64,000 nt of DNA from Octopus vulgaris (lineage: Eukaryota). The first letter of the stretch is position 1, and the number at the start of each line of letters is the position of its first letter. Location of the stretch: the NCBI GenBank assembly GCA_951406725.2, contig OX597815.1, positions 125,860,001 through 125,924,000 on the forward strand, in the 5' to 3' direction. Positions 13,617 through 27,340 of the stretch are shown here, one piece after another. The notes under the pieces were generated by a model, which did no database searches, had not been told where the DNA came from, and was given only the letters and a program-made list of their open reading frames with translations. Position numbers and translations under genes: made by a program.

Positions 13617-13741
13617 CAGGATGTTCAAAACGTGTGAAGTTTTTCTCATCCTGAGCATATTCTTTTGTAGTCTTACACCATCTTATAAATATTTATTTTG
13701 CAATAAAGTACTTACTGCAGAGAGACTTTTTGAACACCCTG
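13617..13741. mobile_element. Tc1/mariner-type MITE (~125 bp)
   Basis: TA-CAGGATGTTCAAAA ... TTTTGAACACCCTG-TA. Confidence 0.7.
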
Positions 13742-13957
13742 TATACTGGAAAAGCATATTCATAACACAAACACGAAGCCACGTGTATTGCAGAAGTTGT
13801 ATGGTCGATTTGATCGGTTTCTGTACTTGACTGCAACATATCTTATTGAAGAATTCAAAAGTAGACCTCTGATATAAACTCAGAAAGTAAAGAGATTTGG
13901 CCAAATACTGTAACATATTTTGTCTGTAGTGGTATTTGCTTGTACACTGCTATAATG

Positions 13958-14015
<58 letters not shown>

Positions 14016-14457
14016 GACGGGTCTCTGCAGTTTTCATCTTCTAAATTCAATTCAGGAAGTATAACGTATTAATCAACACAAGGCTGCAAAAGAAGACACT
14101 CGCCCATTGTGCAGCGTATCGGGAACGAGTACGTACGTAAGTGCAGAAGCATCTGTGTAGTTAACCGGTTTTCTTCTCGACCATGCGGTTCTAGATTCGT
14201 TCCTGATACGTTGCATAATGGGCAAGTGTTTTCTTTTGCAGCCGTGTGTTGATTAATATGTAATACGTTTCGAATGGAAGTTACAAGGCGAAAACTGCAG
14301 GAAATTCGGGTATGTATGTATATATTGAAAACTATTGAATGGGTTGAAAGAAGCAACGAAAATTTTTGAAAAGTTAATTAAATAAATCAGTGGAAATCGA
14401 ACCGCTGAGTGTGTTGATTAATAAGACATTAAAACAGAATGACTCTCCCCAGACACA

Positions 14458-14517
<60 letters not shown>

Positions 14518-14689
14518 GTTCAGTTTTATTCCAAGAGATCTTGCCAATAGAGAAAGAGCCGGTTTCTAACCTAGATCCAAGGCTTCTGCAGTGGAATTTC
14601 AACATTAACAAGAAGGTATTTTTGTTTGTTGTATGTATGTATGTATGTATGTATGTATGTATGTGTGCATATTTGTATGTTTTGTTTTA

Positions 14690-15825
14690 TGTATGTATTC
14701 TCATGCATATAGTTGCATGTCGGAACATGCTCATATATATTTCAATGATAAACCTCTGGAAAGTTTTACAGATTTTTACAGATCCAGTGATGGATTGGAT
14801 CTGTAGTCTCTGAATTAGCTTTCTCTCTGCTTTGAGAAGCCTAATTTCTCAAGATTAGAAATTAGGCAGTGTGTTACATATCCCAGGGGCCCAATAATTA
14901 CGTAAACTTGTAATCTGGATAAAGTAACTGAAAATTTCTCAATAGTTCAGCGTAGGGATTCTCTTTTTCACTGATCTTCAGTTTTATGTTAACGTCCGCT
15001 GGGCAGCTAATTTCCACAGCTGAACACAGTTTCACTTCTCTATCCCACAACATTATATCGAGTCTGTTGTGCTTACATTTTATTGAGGTCTTCACTGGGA
15101 CATTCCACCAGTATTCCTTTTTATTATGAGTAATTATGGCTTCTACCATGCTGTAGATTATTTCGTTGTCTTCGGAGTTATCGTTCCGACGGATTTCATT
15201 ATAGAGTGTCCTAGCTACAACATCCCGTCTAATCGGTAGATAATACTGTGATAATATTTTTCGAACAACTGCTTATAATGTGGATGATATCTTCGGTGTT
15301 AATTCCACAATGTTTGCATCAGTTGTCACATTTTACTGCTTTCCCTGCATCTCTATCCCTTTTGTGCATCAAGTATTTGGTTGATATTTCTAGTTCCTGT
15401 ATTGCAAATGCATTACCTTCTAAGTGGAAGGTAGTAATCCGGCTATTGGTCTATGATAGACTTCTTTCATGATCAATGTTACTATCACCTCGGAGCTTTC
15501 TACTAACATATCCATGCATAACCTTCTACTCATATAAGTTCCTCCTTTCATCTGATGATACGTTGCGGTAGAGTCGTGTGGCTTCTTTGGACATGTATTC
15601 TAGGTTATCAGACAAGGAATATTGCTCAAGAAGCTGCCTTTCATGTCTTATGATGTTATCAGCCTCATGTATATAAAGTTGGTTAAGTGATGCACTTCAA
15701 CACTTGATGGTTAAAAGATGTTGCTAAAAGGATATATCCGACATTCAAAAGCATTTTAGATCGATGTTAAACATCTGCCGCCTTTTCGGTTTATGTGGAA
15801 ATTATATGCTTGTTAGTATTTTTCG
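14690..15825 (-). mobile_element. 5'-truncated decayed R4/Dong-like LINE with restriction-like endonuclease
   Basis: Minus-strand translation KKEYWWNVPVKTSIKCKHNRLDIMLWDREVKLCSAVEISCPADVNIKLKISEKENPY (RLE PD..D/ExK-like) with an upstream CCHC-like segment; homologous to 39088-40345; (GTAT)n on both sides. Confidence 0.85.
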
Positions 15826-15855
15826 TAGTATGTATGTGTGTATGTATTATGTATG

Positions 15856-15889
<34 letters not shown>

Positions 15890-16139
15890 GATATGTATGT
15901 ATGTATATATGTATGTATATTTGCGTTATATACTTCCATACATATATATAGGTAAGGCGTTAAATGTGTTTCTTGCATATCGGTATATCTTTCTGTCTTT
16001 CTGTATCGGAATATATGTCATAAATAAATAAAATAATTAAGAAGAATCAAGCTATCCAAAACCTAAATATTTATAAGAGGAGAAAAAAAAAAAAAGAACC
16101 AAGAGCCAGAAAATGGAATCAAGACCACCATCAGATTAA

Positions 16140-16175
16140 CTGATGACAGCCAGGAAGCTGAAACGTCGACGTTAC
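16140..16175 (+). ncRNA. Minimal hammerhead ribozyme-like motif with intact core
   Basis: CTGATGA-C-AGC-CAGGAA-GCT-GAAACGTCGACGTT: canonical CUGAUGA and GAAA boxes, 3-bp stem II, palindromic stem III; stem I is poor. Confidence 0.55.
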
Positions 16176-16296
16176 TGTCAATCTTTTCACTGTAAAATTT
16201 AATAAATATGTATTCTGCAAAAAGGCAATGAGCAATCTTAGAATTTAAGGTTAAATTGTTTTCTAAATAAGTACAGATAAAAACAAACATTAATAC

Positions 16297-16380
<84 letters not shown>

Positions 16381-16407
16381 GAGAGAGGGGAGAGAAAGAA
16401 AGAATGA

Positions 16408-16463
<56 letters not shown>

Positions 16464-16516
16464 GAGATTGAAGGATAGATAAGTTCTCATATGCATATGC
16501 ATATGCATATGCATAT
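16297..16516. repeat. Compound microsatellite (TA)n(GA)n(AAAG)n and (GCATAT)n
   Basis: Directly visible. Confidence 0.95.
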
Positions 16517-16605
16517 ACGTTCTTATATCTATCTATCAATATATATAACAGAATGAGATAAAAATCCAAGGCTGTGAAAGATTTTAGAACATTTATAAAG
16601 AGAAG

Positions 16606-16652
16606 GTCTTACAGCTGTTTCCGGGACATTTTATATATCTCTTCATCGGAAA
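16606..16652 (-). ncRNA. Hammerhead-like motif in a Penelope-like repeat end
   Basis: Reverse complement CCGATGA-AGAGATATATAAAATGTCCCG-GAAACAGCTGTA: palindromic ACAGCTGT stem III with a GUA triplet; U4 mutated to C. Confidence 0.5.
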
Positions 16653-17689
16653 CGGTGCGAGAAAATGGGCTAAGAAATAGTTATTCTAGAGATATGAACT
16701 AGAGAGTGAAGTGGAGGAATGAAAACAGAGGTGAGATATGCTGGGATATTGTATATGCAGTCCCATTATTTAAGCAGAATGGTATACCTATAAGTTTCCT
16801 GTACCTTGTGTGTAAGTTCCAATAGTATTTAAAATTGGTCATTCCAAGCATAGAGTTTGTAAACCGTGTTATTGGATCGAGGTTTTTTTTATATATACAT
16901 ACACATACACATGCATACATATATTGTGAATGTATGTATATTGAAATGCATTCTTGCTTTCTCTTTCACCTTCTGCCTTTCTTAAAATACCCATCTCTCC
17001 CTCTCTTTATTTCTCTCTCTCTCTCTCTCTCGTTTTCCTCTCCACCCTCTATCTCTCTCTCTCTCACTTACACACACACACACTCACATACGCACGTGCG
17101 TACGTGCATACAATCGTATTAACACATTCATTGATAAATAACTAACGTAAACCTTGTCAATGTGAGTGGTTGGCTCTTACTCTTTGCAGACCACTGAAGT
17201 ATCTTTTCCATTCATGTACAAAGAATAGAGATTCGACTTTCAGCAAGGTACCGATTCAATGAAAACACAAACTATACACTATTTCTATTTAATAAAACAA
17301 CTATCTCATTATTCTTTTTTTCTTTCTGCTTTTGTTTATTTTCTCTGATGAATGAATGTCTAGAAAGTAATTTGTTGATATTCAGAGAGCTGGAGTGGAA
17401 GCTTTGATGGAGCGAAGAGCTGAAGAAGAGACGGAAAGATAAGAATAAATCGTGTTGATTCTTTAGTCGTGTACGGATTGGTTCGACCTCACTAAAACGT
17501 GAAAGTATTGAATAGATAACATAGCCAGGCTAAAGCCTCGATTTGTACTGAGAAAGTTTAAACTTACAATCACAGTTCTTTACAATCCTGAAGATAAGGA
17601 CTCGGGGAGAAACTACATTTAAATAAAAAGATTCATTGTTGTTTGCAAGGAAGAAAGAAACTTTCTTTTATTTTTCCAAACACGACAAA

Positions 17690-17935
17690 TCATTCCCACC
17701 ACCACATTCACCACCACCAAAATCTTCTTCCTCACTATCGTCATCATCATTATCACCATCATCGCCTTCATTATAACATTATCATCGGCGTCGTCATCGT
17801 CATTATTGTGGACATCATCATTGTCACTGTTATCATAAGCATCGTCGTCATCATCTTCATCATCATCATTATTGTCGTCATCATCCTCGTCGTCATCATC
17901 GTCATCGTCGTCGTCATCATCGTCATCGTCATCGA

Positions 17936-17993
<58 letters not shown>
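17690..17993. repeat. Degenerate-to-pure (CAT/CGT)n trinucleotide array
   Basis: Directly visible; source of the poly-I/poly-M ORFs. Confidence 0.95.
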
Positions 17994-17997
<4 letters not shown>

Positions 17998-18364
17998 TAG
18001 TTTAGTTTAAGCCGCCAGACAAATTGCGGAAATCGTTTTCAGGTTTTTTTTTTATGTTCTCTTTTGTTCCACTCCTGCCAGTGACCAATTTACTGCATTT
18101 CCTTCTGGAATCGATAAAATAAAGTACTAGTCAAGTAAAACAGATTATATATTTTGTTAACCCCATACCTCATCAGAATAAAAAAAAAATATTGAAATGA
18201 AATCACAAATTCATTTGGCTCTTTTGTGTTTTGAGTTCAAATCCTATAGTGGTCAACTTTGCCTTTCATTTTCCGAGTCGACAAAATAAAGTGCTACTCA
18301 AATACTGAGATCGATCAAATCGATCAGCCTCCTCCCCTTATAATGTTAGTCTTGTGCCTAATCC

Positions 18365-18652
18365 CTTAAAATCTGGGATTGCAAGGATTTGGAACATGCA
18401 ATCTGTAAAGATTATACCTGTGATAATTGGTGCATTAGGGACTGTGAGTGATGAATTAGACAAATGGATAAAGGAGATTGGAATGAAATCTCGTGTAGAG
18501 CATCTACAGAGGAATATTCTCTCGGGAACAGGGAAAATCATCAAGGAAGTTTGGAGCACTTGATGGATTATTGAAATCATGTCGATATCTAAGGTTACAG
18601 GTAGTAAACCCCTACCCACATAAATTACCAGGAATAAGATCGATCCCCAGTC
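18365..18652 (+). mobile_element. 3' end of an RLE-type (R4/Dong-like) LINE followed by (GAA)n
   Basis: IARIWNMQSVKIIPVIIGALGTVSDELDKWIKEIG...LQRNILSGTGKII is the typical RLE LINE C-terminus. Confidence 0.8.
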
Positions 18653-19310
18653 AAGAAGAAGAAGAAGAAGAAGAAGAAGAAGAAGAAGAAGAAGAAGAAG
18701 AAGAAGAAGAAGAAGAAGAAACCGGGGATGATGATGAGGATGATGAGTATGTTGATAATGATGCCCCGATGCAGTACCAGGCAGTGGCTCTCATGGCATC
18801 TAAACTTAACCGATTGGAAGTGTTATCATGTACATTGTTTTGTCATTGTATAAAAAAGATGGGCTACAGCAAATATTCTGCTCAATACTACAGATTTGCT
18901 TGTCAGTTGTTTGACCATAACCGGTTGAGCATATCCCTTAGTGGTCGACGATGTGTGCATCTCTGATCACGAGCAGAAGTAGTGGGAGTGCATCATAGCC
19001 ATGTGTTGAGAGGGATTCTTTGGGGTTTGAATAATTCACCTCTGGAAACATGGGTATTTCGTTCAACATCCTTAAACAACGCTTATTCAGGGACCTTTTG
19101 AGCGGGATGGGCTACTCAACATGAAGAAAATTCTTACTGGTACCCGCCTGCAAGGTTATGCACTGTTTATGCGATCACTATATTGTGCACATATGGTTGT
19201 GATGCTTGTGCCTGGTGTAGCCTTATCACGCGGGTAGTCATGATTGGTATACTGGGCTTCATATATTTTACCCAAGTGTCACTTTTGATGGCACACACTG
19301 CTCTCTCATT

Positions 19311-19495
<185 letters not shown>

Positions 19496-19547
19496 ACACC
19501 AGGCATAAACTCGGTACAAGACAAAATAAAAGTAAAATTTAAAAAAA

Positions 19548-19828
19548 AACCCTTCGGTCCTGAATGACCATGGGATTGCACATAGAAAGTTACTCTCCGA
19601 GGCACAAGTCCGGACAATGTTGTTTTATGGAAGTCCAACAGTCACCCATGCATACCAGTCTCCCTTCTCCATGCCACCGATGTTATCCAAGGGAAAGACA
19701 AAGGCTGATATAGCTTGGCACCAGTAATGTCGCAACTCATTTCTACAGATGAGTGAATTGGAGCAACATGAAACTCACAATCTCACGACTGTAAACCTGT
19801 CGTCCTAACCACTGAGCCATGCGCCTGC
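19548..19828 (-). mobile_element. tRNA/CORE SINE with RTE-like tail (family C)
   Basis: Ends CCACTGAGCCATGCGCCT (reverse complement of a tRNA head); near-identical organisation to 33245-33581. Confidence 0.8.
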
Positions 19829-21519
19829 ACGCAAGACAAAATATTGCAATGGTAAACGAAGCAAAAGGACAACAAAGAAACAAAATATGCAACTGAATGA
19901 ACAAAAAGAAGGCAAAAATTAGCATTTTAATGAACAATTAATAGAAAAACATTCCCAACAGTCTAACAAAATAATTGAATTTTGTAATAATAAAAGCCAC
20001 AAAAGCGATACTCGTAGTGATGGACATTTAATATTGCTCACACAGTGGTTCTGTTAAAGCTAATTTTACCTTACATGTAACACGAACGGAATTTTTAGAT
20101 ATGACACAGTTTCCAGAAAATAAAGTTGTTGAGAGAATTTTGTAAAACTAGACTTTGCTATTTTGCCGTGAGACTTAATCCAAGAAAGAGAGAAAGAGGA
20201 AAAGATAAAGAGATGGAGAGAGAGGGAGAGAGGGAGAGAAATTTATTTTAGGCAAGTTGGCGCAGGATTAGAATTACCGTTGAAGCAACAATAACAACAG
20301 AACACTCTAGGATGCTTCCAAAGAAATACTCTAAACTTTCTGCTACTATCTGCTACAATTTCAAAACCGAAAACTCAGCCAGAACAAAGGCGGAAATTGT
20401 TAGATACATCTCCACTCATACAGTTGTACACCAATATATGTACCAAAAAATATTAAGGTAATTATATATGACATTAGAAACAATGTGAATAATAATAGAA
20501 CTGTGTCTAGTTGAGAAGCAGCCAAGGCAAAAGACGTGATTGATGATACAGGGCAAAAAGCCTGGTTACTATATATGTCGTAGTAAGAACCACTTCAGAG
20601 CCGTTTAGCTTAAAAATAGACCAGAAAATGGATAGGGAAAGTAACGGAGACCATCCGAGGCAACAACATGCCTCGTTTTCCTAAATGCGTTCGGTCAAAC
20701 TTCAGGAATGCTAGAAGAGATTGCCTCGTATCAAGTCTTAAAAACAAGTGAGTAGACACCCCGTTCCCTAAACGTAGGATCACTCTACTATCGAGTGATA
20801 AAGAAGAGATAATGGTTGCAGAGGAAAGTGTCTAAACTGTCGGCGGGAAATACAAAAGGAAATAAGTAAAAGATACTCGCAAAAAAAAAAGTCAATACAA
20901 AACATCTGTAACGGATTAGGAGGAACGACTTCATCAAAACAAAATGACACTCCTCCTGAGAAGAGGTGGACGAAAAGTGAGATTCAGCATCCTTCGAAAG
21001 ATTAAATCGACAACTTATAAAATAAAACCACGCATCTATAGTTTCAGAGGTATTCCTATGAGGTAAAAATAACAGAGGCACAGTTTAGTGTGGAATACAG
21101 GAATCTCGCAGAAGTCAGGTTGTTAGTAAAAGCAAAACAAAATCATTGTAACGACATGGAACAGTCCCATCCTGGAGATGTAGACATTTATCTATCCCAA
21201 CCGATCATAAACGTGTGCCTTTGGGTGCACGAGACAAAAGTAAAAGCAATGATAAAGGAGTAATGACACAAGTTGCTTTAACCTGACCAAGCAGGTTGTT
21301 CTAACCTGAATATCCATGCCTTAGTTATTGTAATTTTCGTATTTCAGTGCAAATATTTGTTTCATAATATTTATACGTTTACACGCGCACGCAAGCAAAT
21401 TATTTGTCCCGTCTCACACGTCTTTGTAAGCTCCGGTTAACGTTTCTTTGTAATTTTTATGTGTCACTTCGTGCCCTTGTGGCTAATAAAGAAATGCTGT
21501 TGTTGGTGTCGTTATTACG

Positions 21520-21925
21520 GCTACAGATTGCCAGAATCGTTACAGCGTCGAACGAAATACTTTGTAATCTTTAGTGACGGTTCATTACTGCAGCTTTTCC
21601 CCTCTTCGTAATCAGTAAAATAAAATACCGGTCAAGTACTGGGGTCAATGTAATTGACTAATCCCTAACCCTTAAAATTACTGGCCTCGATCCAAACTTT
21701 AAAACATTATTTCTATTCTTGTTAAGATGGGAAGCAGGCAGAATCGTTAGCGTGTTGGACAAAATGCTTAGCGGTATTTCTTCTGTCTCTTTACACTCTG
21801 AGTTCAAATACAGTCAAAGTCAACTTTACCTTTCATCCTTCAGTGGAGTGGTGGCATCACTCAAATAATGAAATCGATGTAATCGACTCAACCCGTCCTT
21901 GTCTAAATATTGCCGGCCTTGAAAC
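21520..21925 (+). mobile_element. Two tandem family-B SINE copies
   Basis: GCAGAATCGTTAGC...AAATGCTTAGCGGTATTTC...GAGTTCAAA...CTTTCATCCTT motifs repeated. Confidence 0.7.
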
Positions 21926-22009
21926 TATCATTATTTTTGTTGTTGTTATAGCTATGTTGTTGCTGTTGTTTTCTTTTTCCTTAATTATCGGCACTTAAAA
22001 CAGTTTCTT

Positions 22010-22240
22010 TTTTAACTCAGTAATTGGATCCCAACTAGAGATTAAGCTTTAGTCTACATGCGAAATATTCTCAATATCTTAGCAGTTTCCAAGACATACA
22101 ATGTTCTGCAACTGTTTCTTTTGCATATAATTTCACTCTAAACATCTTTGAGAGTGCCAACTGCTTTAATAACAACCAACACTGAACCATTTTTAATATT
22201 TTTCGTTCTTTTTGATCGCAATCTCCAGATCACGGCATTT
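22010..22240 (-). mobile_element. Highly decayed RLE-LINE C-terminal fragment
   Basis: Reverse translation contains QLQNIVCLGTAKILR, similar to the end of 18365-18652. Confidence 0.5.
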
Positions 22241-22559
22241 GTTATTCTTATTATCTTCTTTTGTTAGTATAATAATTTCTAATATTAGCCAAAAGCCAGG
22301 TACTTGAGGGGGGTGGATTACAGTCTAATATATCGATGGTAAAATACGGTACTTGAATAGCATTTTACCGGCACCAAAAGTATTACTGATCTCAAACAAT
22401 CGTCACTAAATATAAACTTTTTTCTCTTATCCTACTGATTGTGCCAATATGCGGTCCTTATATTTATTTGTTTCTAAAATGAACACAAATCTATATATTT
22501 CGAAAGGGAGTACACTCAGTTATATCGACTTGAATAGTTCATTTTTAATGACCAAAGTT

Positions 22560-24480
22560 GTCATTCGGCAGGATTTTTACTCAGAACGTCATCATATCAT
22601 CTTGTCGAGCTTTCCCGTATTTTCGTAACTCAGTCACTCAATGCATCACGATATAGTATTCGAGAGGCTAGCAGGGAAATATCCCGTACCGTACAGAATT
22701 AGTTGGTTGAAAAATTTTAACTGTTCGACCGATCTGTCTATACCTATGTCGGGATATAGATCTTGCTTAGCTCTCCTACAATCTTATGCAATTTACAACA
22801 TCACTTAAATGATTCTAACTGCAAGAGACTACCATACAAATGTCTTTTAAAGTGATGCGCTTGTGCTATTCCTATTCATCATCTGATTATACTGCGTTCT
22901 TCGCTCTTCAGTTGACTATATTAAAGTACTCGGCTTCACTTTTACAAAATCCACAACAATAACAGACGATATTAATATTACTCTCATTGTAGACACTCTC
23001 AGAAGCCTCCACCCTTCTACATGATCTTAAAAGCGCGTTTGAAGATATTGGGCTTTATGGCAGTGGCCTTAAAGCCTGAACACATCTTTTACAGTCAGGA
23101 GAACTCGATAAATAAAATCAAGTAAAACCTTTTAAAATCGGCAAGCTTCTTCGTATACTTAGTAAATAGCATCATTTGTCTTACGAAAACGAACTGTTCT
23201 TGATGGTCTCACCTGCAAGTCATTGTTACCTAATAGTCTTAATGGAATCTTCTGTGGTGTCCTGTGGAATCAGTTCTTTTGTATGGGTTCACTACTTCAG
23301 TACTGGAGGCTTGGCTTGGCTTAGTAGAACTCTGACCCGTTCGCTACGAACAGTTTCAAATATTTTCTGAGAAAAGAATTCGACGGAACTCAGAAAGGAA
23401 ACGATCAAGATTAAAGCGCCGTCATCCAGCGAACAGCTTCATTCTACAAATGTCCCATCTTCTGTAGATAACCACGTTACACATGATTGTTATATTCCAA
23501 TGTTTGTGATTCTGCTAGGGATGTGCTCAAACAAGTACCCAGTCACTTTATGTACATGCTCCTTGAAAATCAACGGGCAAAAGTAATTTTCCCCCTTTGT
23601 GATGTATTCACAAATATTTAGAAGCCATGTCTAATTCGCTTCTTCGTCAAATGCGTGGAACATCTTGCCGTTACTATCAACATCCATCTCCCATTTTTAG
23701 CAAACAACTCGCAAAATAGAATTTAATGCCTTTCCTTTTGTTGAAAGCATTAAGCTGTTTGTCAATCTTTTAAGCTGTACAGCCATGCATAGTAAGGTTC
23801 TTTAACAACATGAGGTTCACCGAACAGCTTCAAGTATCTTCCGAGTAGAGGCTTAGCATGTTTTAACATGTTCTTTTGAATGGCGTTTCAAATGTGATCA
23901 CAGGCTCATGCAACCTTAATGTTTTTCCCTTTTAGTTTTACATCAGCTGCATTTTTGAAGAACAAAGATTCTATGCTTTGATGCATTAATTTTTACCTCC
24001 TTTAATGCATTTTCTCAATTCTAATCTCAACAACATGCATCTTAACTCTGCATGGAATGTTGCATTCGTTAGTATATGTATAAATATACTTTTAATATTT
24101 CTTTTCAGGGGTGGACACTACTTATTATGCGTTATGCCTAGTCTTGAACGTGTATTGTTGCCTGGTATCCATGTTTTTGTATTTTACATACATGAATAGT
24201 ACTGTGAAGTTTCAGTGTTTTTTTCCCGATATATTTTAATAACATAGAACGTGCTAATTATAATACATTTATCCATCACATATATTTTGCTTTAATTTCT
24301 TAATCCATATACTTTGATAGTTTTTTCTTTTTCTATTTTGTTTTAAGTAATATTCTTGCCAGAAATAATTTGATATATCCACATCAAAAGACACTCTTCT
24401 ATGAAGACGTCTGCATGGTTTCCTTTGATTTTCCTATCAGTTTGCACACGTACATGCTAGAATGTTGTGCATTGATAGAT
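22560..24480 (-). mobile_element. Highly decayed APE-RT LINE relic (RTE-like)
   Basis: Minus strand near 22670-22700 reads VRDISLL (NYRxISLL-like RT N-terminal motif); the rest is heavily frameshifted and the extent is approximate. Confidence 0.35.
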
Positions 24481-24519
24481 TTCCGTGTTTGTTAGTATGC
24501 ATTATTAAAGGTCTATATT

Positions 24520-25135
24520 AAGGCGGTGATTCTGGCAAAAAATATCTAAGTTCATATTCTGCCAGGGTCGACTTTTCCTTTCATCCTTTCGGGTCGGTGA
24601 AATAAGTATCAGTTAAGCACTGGGGTCAACGTAATCGACTACATCCCCACCCCTAGAAAATTTCAAGCCTCGCATCTTTAATATTATAGGTCTACATGTA
24701 TATATGAGGTGGTGAGCGGACAGAATCGTCATCATGCCGGACAAAATACTTTACGGCTTTTCTTCTGGCTCTTTGCGTTCTGAGTCCAAATGCCTTCGAA
24801 GTTGACTTAGCCCTACATCCGTTCGGATGTCAATAAAATAAGTACCAGCTGAGCATTAGGGTCGATGTAATTGACATCCATCTCCCCTCAAATTTGCTGG
24901 CCTTGTGCCAAATTTAGAGATTATTATAAGTCTGCGAGCTGGCAGAATTGATAGAGTGTTGGAAAAATGATTTGCGTTATTTCTTTCTGAGATCAAATTC
25001 TGTCGAGGCCGACTTTGCCTTCCAGTCTTCTAGGGTTGATAAAATAAGTACCAATCAAGTACTGGAGTCGATGTAATCAACTTACTTCCTCCCTTCAGAA
25101 TTGTTAGTCTTGTGCCAAAAATTAGAAAGAATTAG
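24520..25135 (+). mobile_element. Cluster of three head-to-tail family-B SINEs
   Basis: Three repeats of the GACTTT.CCTTTCATCC...GTCGAT.AAATAAGTACC...GGGTCGATGTAAT body. Confidence 0.75.
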
Positions 25136-25336
25136 GTCTATATTTTGTAATGGTCTCCGGTATTGTTTTCTTTTCCAGCATTCAACGAAGGGTTGATTTT
25201 GGTCTGCTTACAAGTTCAATAAATGATGCCACTAAATACAAGAAACTGGGTACCTGGTCGATCCCAGGAGCTTGCCATTCTCAGTTCCATATTTGTGGTG
25301 TTCTCATGTACTTCATCCTCTTCTCTTCTCGTTGAT

Positions 25337-25557
25337 TACTCTTTTACTCTTTACTCTTTTACTTGTTTCAGTCATTTAACTGCGGCCATGCTGGAGCACC
25401 GCCTTTAGTCGAGCAACTCGACCCTGGGACTTATTCTTTTTGTAAGCCCAGTACTTATTCTATCGGTCTCTTTTTGCCCAACCGCTAAGTGACGGGGACA
25501 TAAACACACCAGCATCGGTTGTCAAGCAATGCTAGGGGAACAAACACAGACACACAA

Positions 25558-25588
<31 letters not shown>

Positions 25589-25722
25589 CATATATACGAC
25601 GGGCTTCTTTCAGTTTCCGTCTACCAAATCCACTCACAAGGCATTGGTCGGCCCGGGGCTATAGAAGACACTTGCCCAAGATGCCACGCAGTGGGACTGA
25701 ACCCGGAACCATGTGGTTGGTT
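25337..25722 (-). mobile_element. tRNA-derived SINE, family A (octopus-type), head-truncated
   Basis: (TACTCTTT)n tail, GTTTCAGTCATTT.ACTGCGGCCATGCTGGAGCACC, internal CA/TA tract, GACTGAACCCGGAACC; closely similar to 41860-42299. Confidence 0.9.
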
Positions 25723-25994
25723 AGCATAATTTTAAAAAAATATTTTTCAATGGTTTTCGTTTCATATTCTCTCCTATTATATTTGAATTACTATTATCTC
25801 AGTGTGTCTTCCAATTTTCCGTTTTCTTTAAGTTCCTGTAAAATATTTTGTTTGATTCAAAAATATTCTTCTCCTGGAAAAAGTCATTTACATCTTTCGA
25901 AGCCTTTTATCCTGCAAGTTTTGCCGATATGGTATGTATTTGTTTTTCTTGTGCTTTCAAACTCTCTTCTTTTATTTTAAATTGATATTTTTTA

Positions 25995-26330
25995 TCTTTT
26001 ATCTCTTTCACTCATTGGATTGCAGCCATGCTGGAAGGGTTTTAGTAGAACAAATCGACCCCATTATCTATTTTAAGTCAGATACTTATCCTATCGATTT
26101 CTTATGCCGAACCAGTAAATCACGGAGGAGTAAATAAACCAACACAAAATATCAAGCAGTGATAGAGGGAGACAAACTTACACACGCACGACGGGCTTCC
26201 ATATAGTTTCCGTTTGCAAAATTCACTCACGGGGCTGTTGTAGAACACGCTTGCCTAAAGTGCTGCGCGAGACTGAACTCAAAACCACGAGGTTGCAAAG
26301 CTAGCTTCTTAACTCCAAAGCCATACCTAT
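25995..26330 (-). mobile_element. Older divergent family-A-like SINE
   Basis: Same block order as family A with many substitutions. Confidence 0.65.
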
Positions 26331-27340
26331 CCCTCTTTTTCCATTTCACTAAATAAAGATAGGTCAGTCCTATTTATTTTCCCAGTATCTAGTATATTTT
26401 CTTTCCCCTTTTGTATTTTTGCGGGGGCGTAGATGTGGGTTAGGTGTCCAAGGCCTAACTCTATCATGATCAAGCCCGGTTTCTGTCTCTACCACCACTG
26501 GAGCTGAATTACTGAATAGATCAGATCGTTCAGTTGTTCGCTATTCGGTTAATTTTTCACTCAGAACAGAATTTTTTGTCGGAACCCATTGCAGTCATAT
26601 ATTTCATTGCGCTGTACGGCTGTTTGTGTTCATTGATTTTGTAATATTGTTTCCTTACATTTTCCTTATTGTTTCAGTTGATTCCTCTTCTGTGTTAGCT
26701 CTAACTGCTCGGTTGTGTGCTGTTGTTTTTTATCTCCTGTTTGTTGTCGATTGAGGGATCGATGATGCATTCTGGTGACAATAGACCGTTTTCATTGGGA
26801 ACTTCTATGATTTCCACAATCGCCTGGATGTTTTAGCTCTATTTTTTCTTTGTGACTCGTGTAGATTTATTGAAGTGCTTTGTTTGTTTGGCAGGATCGT
26901 TGTGTCATATTTTCACTGTATTTTGTGGGCTCATTTGTTGTATTTATTTGTGGCCGTCTTAGTTGCGTTGCTTTATGTCTTTTGTGGAGTTCTATATGTT
27001 TTTTATATATATATATGGTGGATTTTGTTGAGATGCTTTCATTCGTTTGTGATCAGATGCTTAGATAAAAATCGAGTCGTGGGGCCTGAGTGAAGTATTT
27101 GGTTTTGAGCACATGGGCGAAAGTAAGTAGAATTTATTCAAACTTTTCATGTCACTTAATTAAGGCGAGTGCCAGAGATGTTTTTCTCTTCATAATGAGA
27201 ACCCTTGCTACTCCACTATTTGTTAAAAATCTTCTTTTTCCCTAATGTATAGCAGGTGGTTTTATATTATTTTCAATATGTACTTTCTACAAATTGCTTT
27301 GTTTCAAATCTGGGTATCTTATTTAACATATATCTGTGTA

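Noticed and set aside
20300-21300. Purine-rich segment that looks like a decayed TE ORF (also 11870-12450 and 26430-27800)
   Set aside because: No diagnostic motif could be read confidently, so no call is made.
25519-25980. 153-aa ORF and similar RRASFSFRLPNPLTR ORFs at 41373 and 42040
   Set aside because: Antisense translations of family-A SINEs, not genes.
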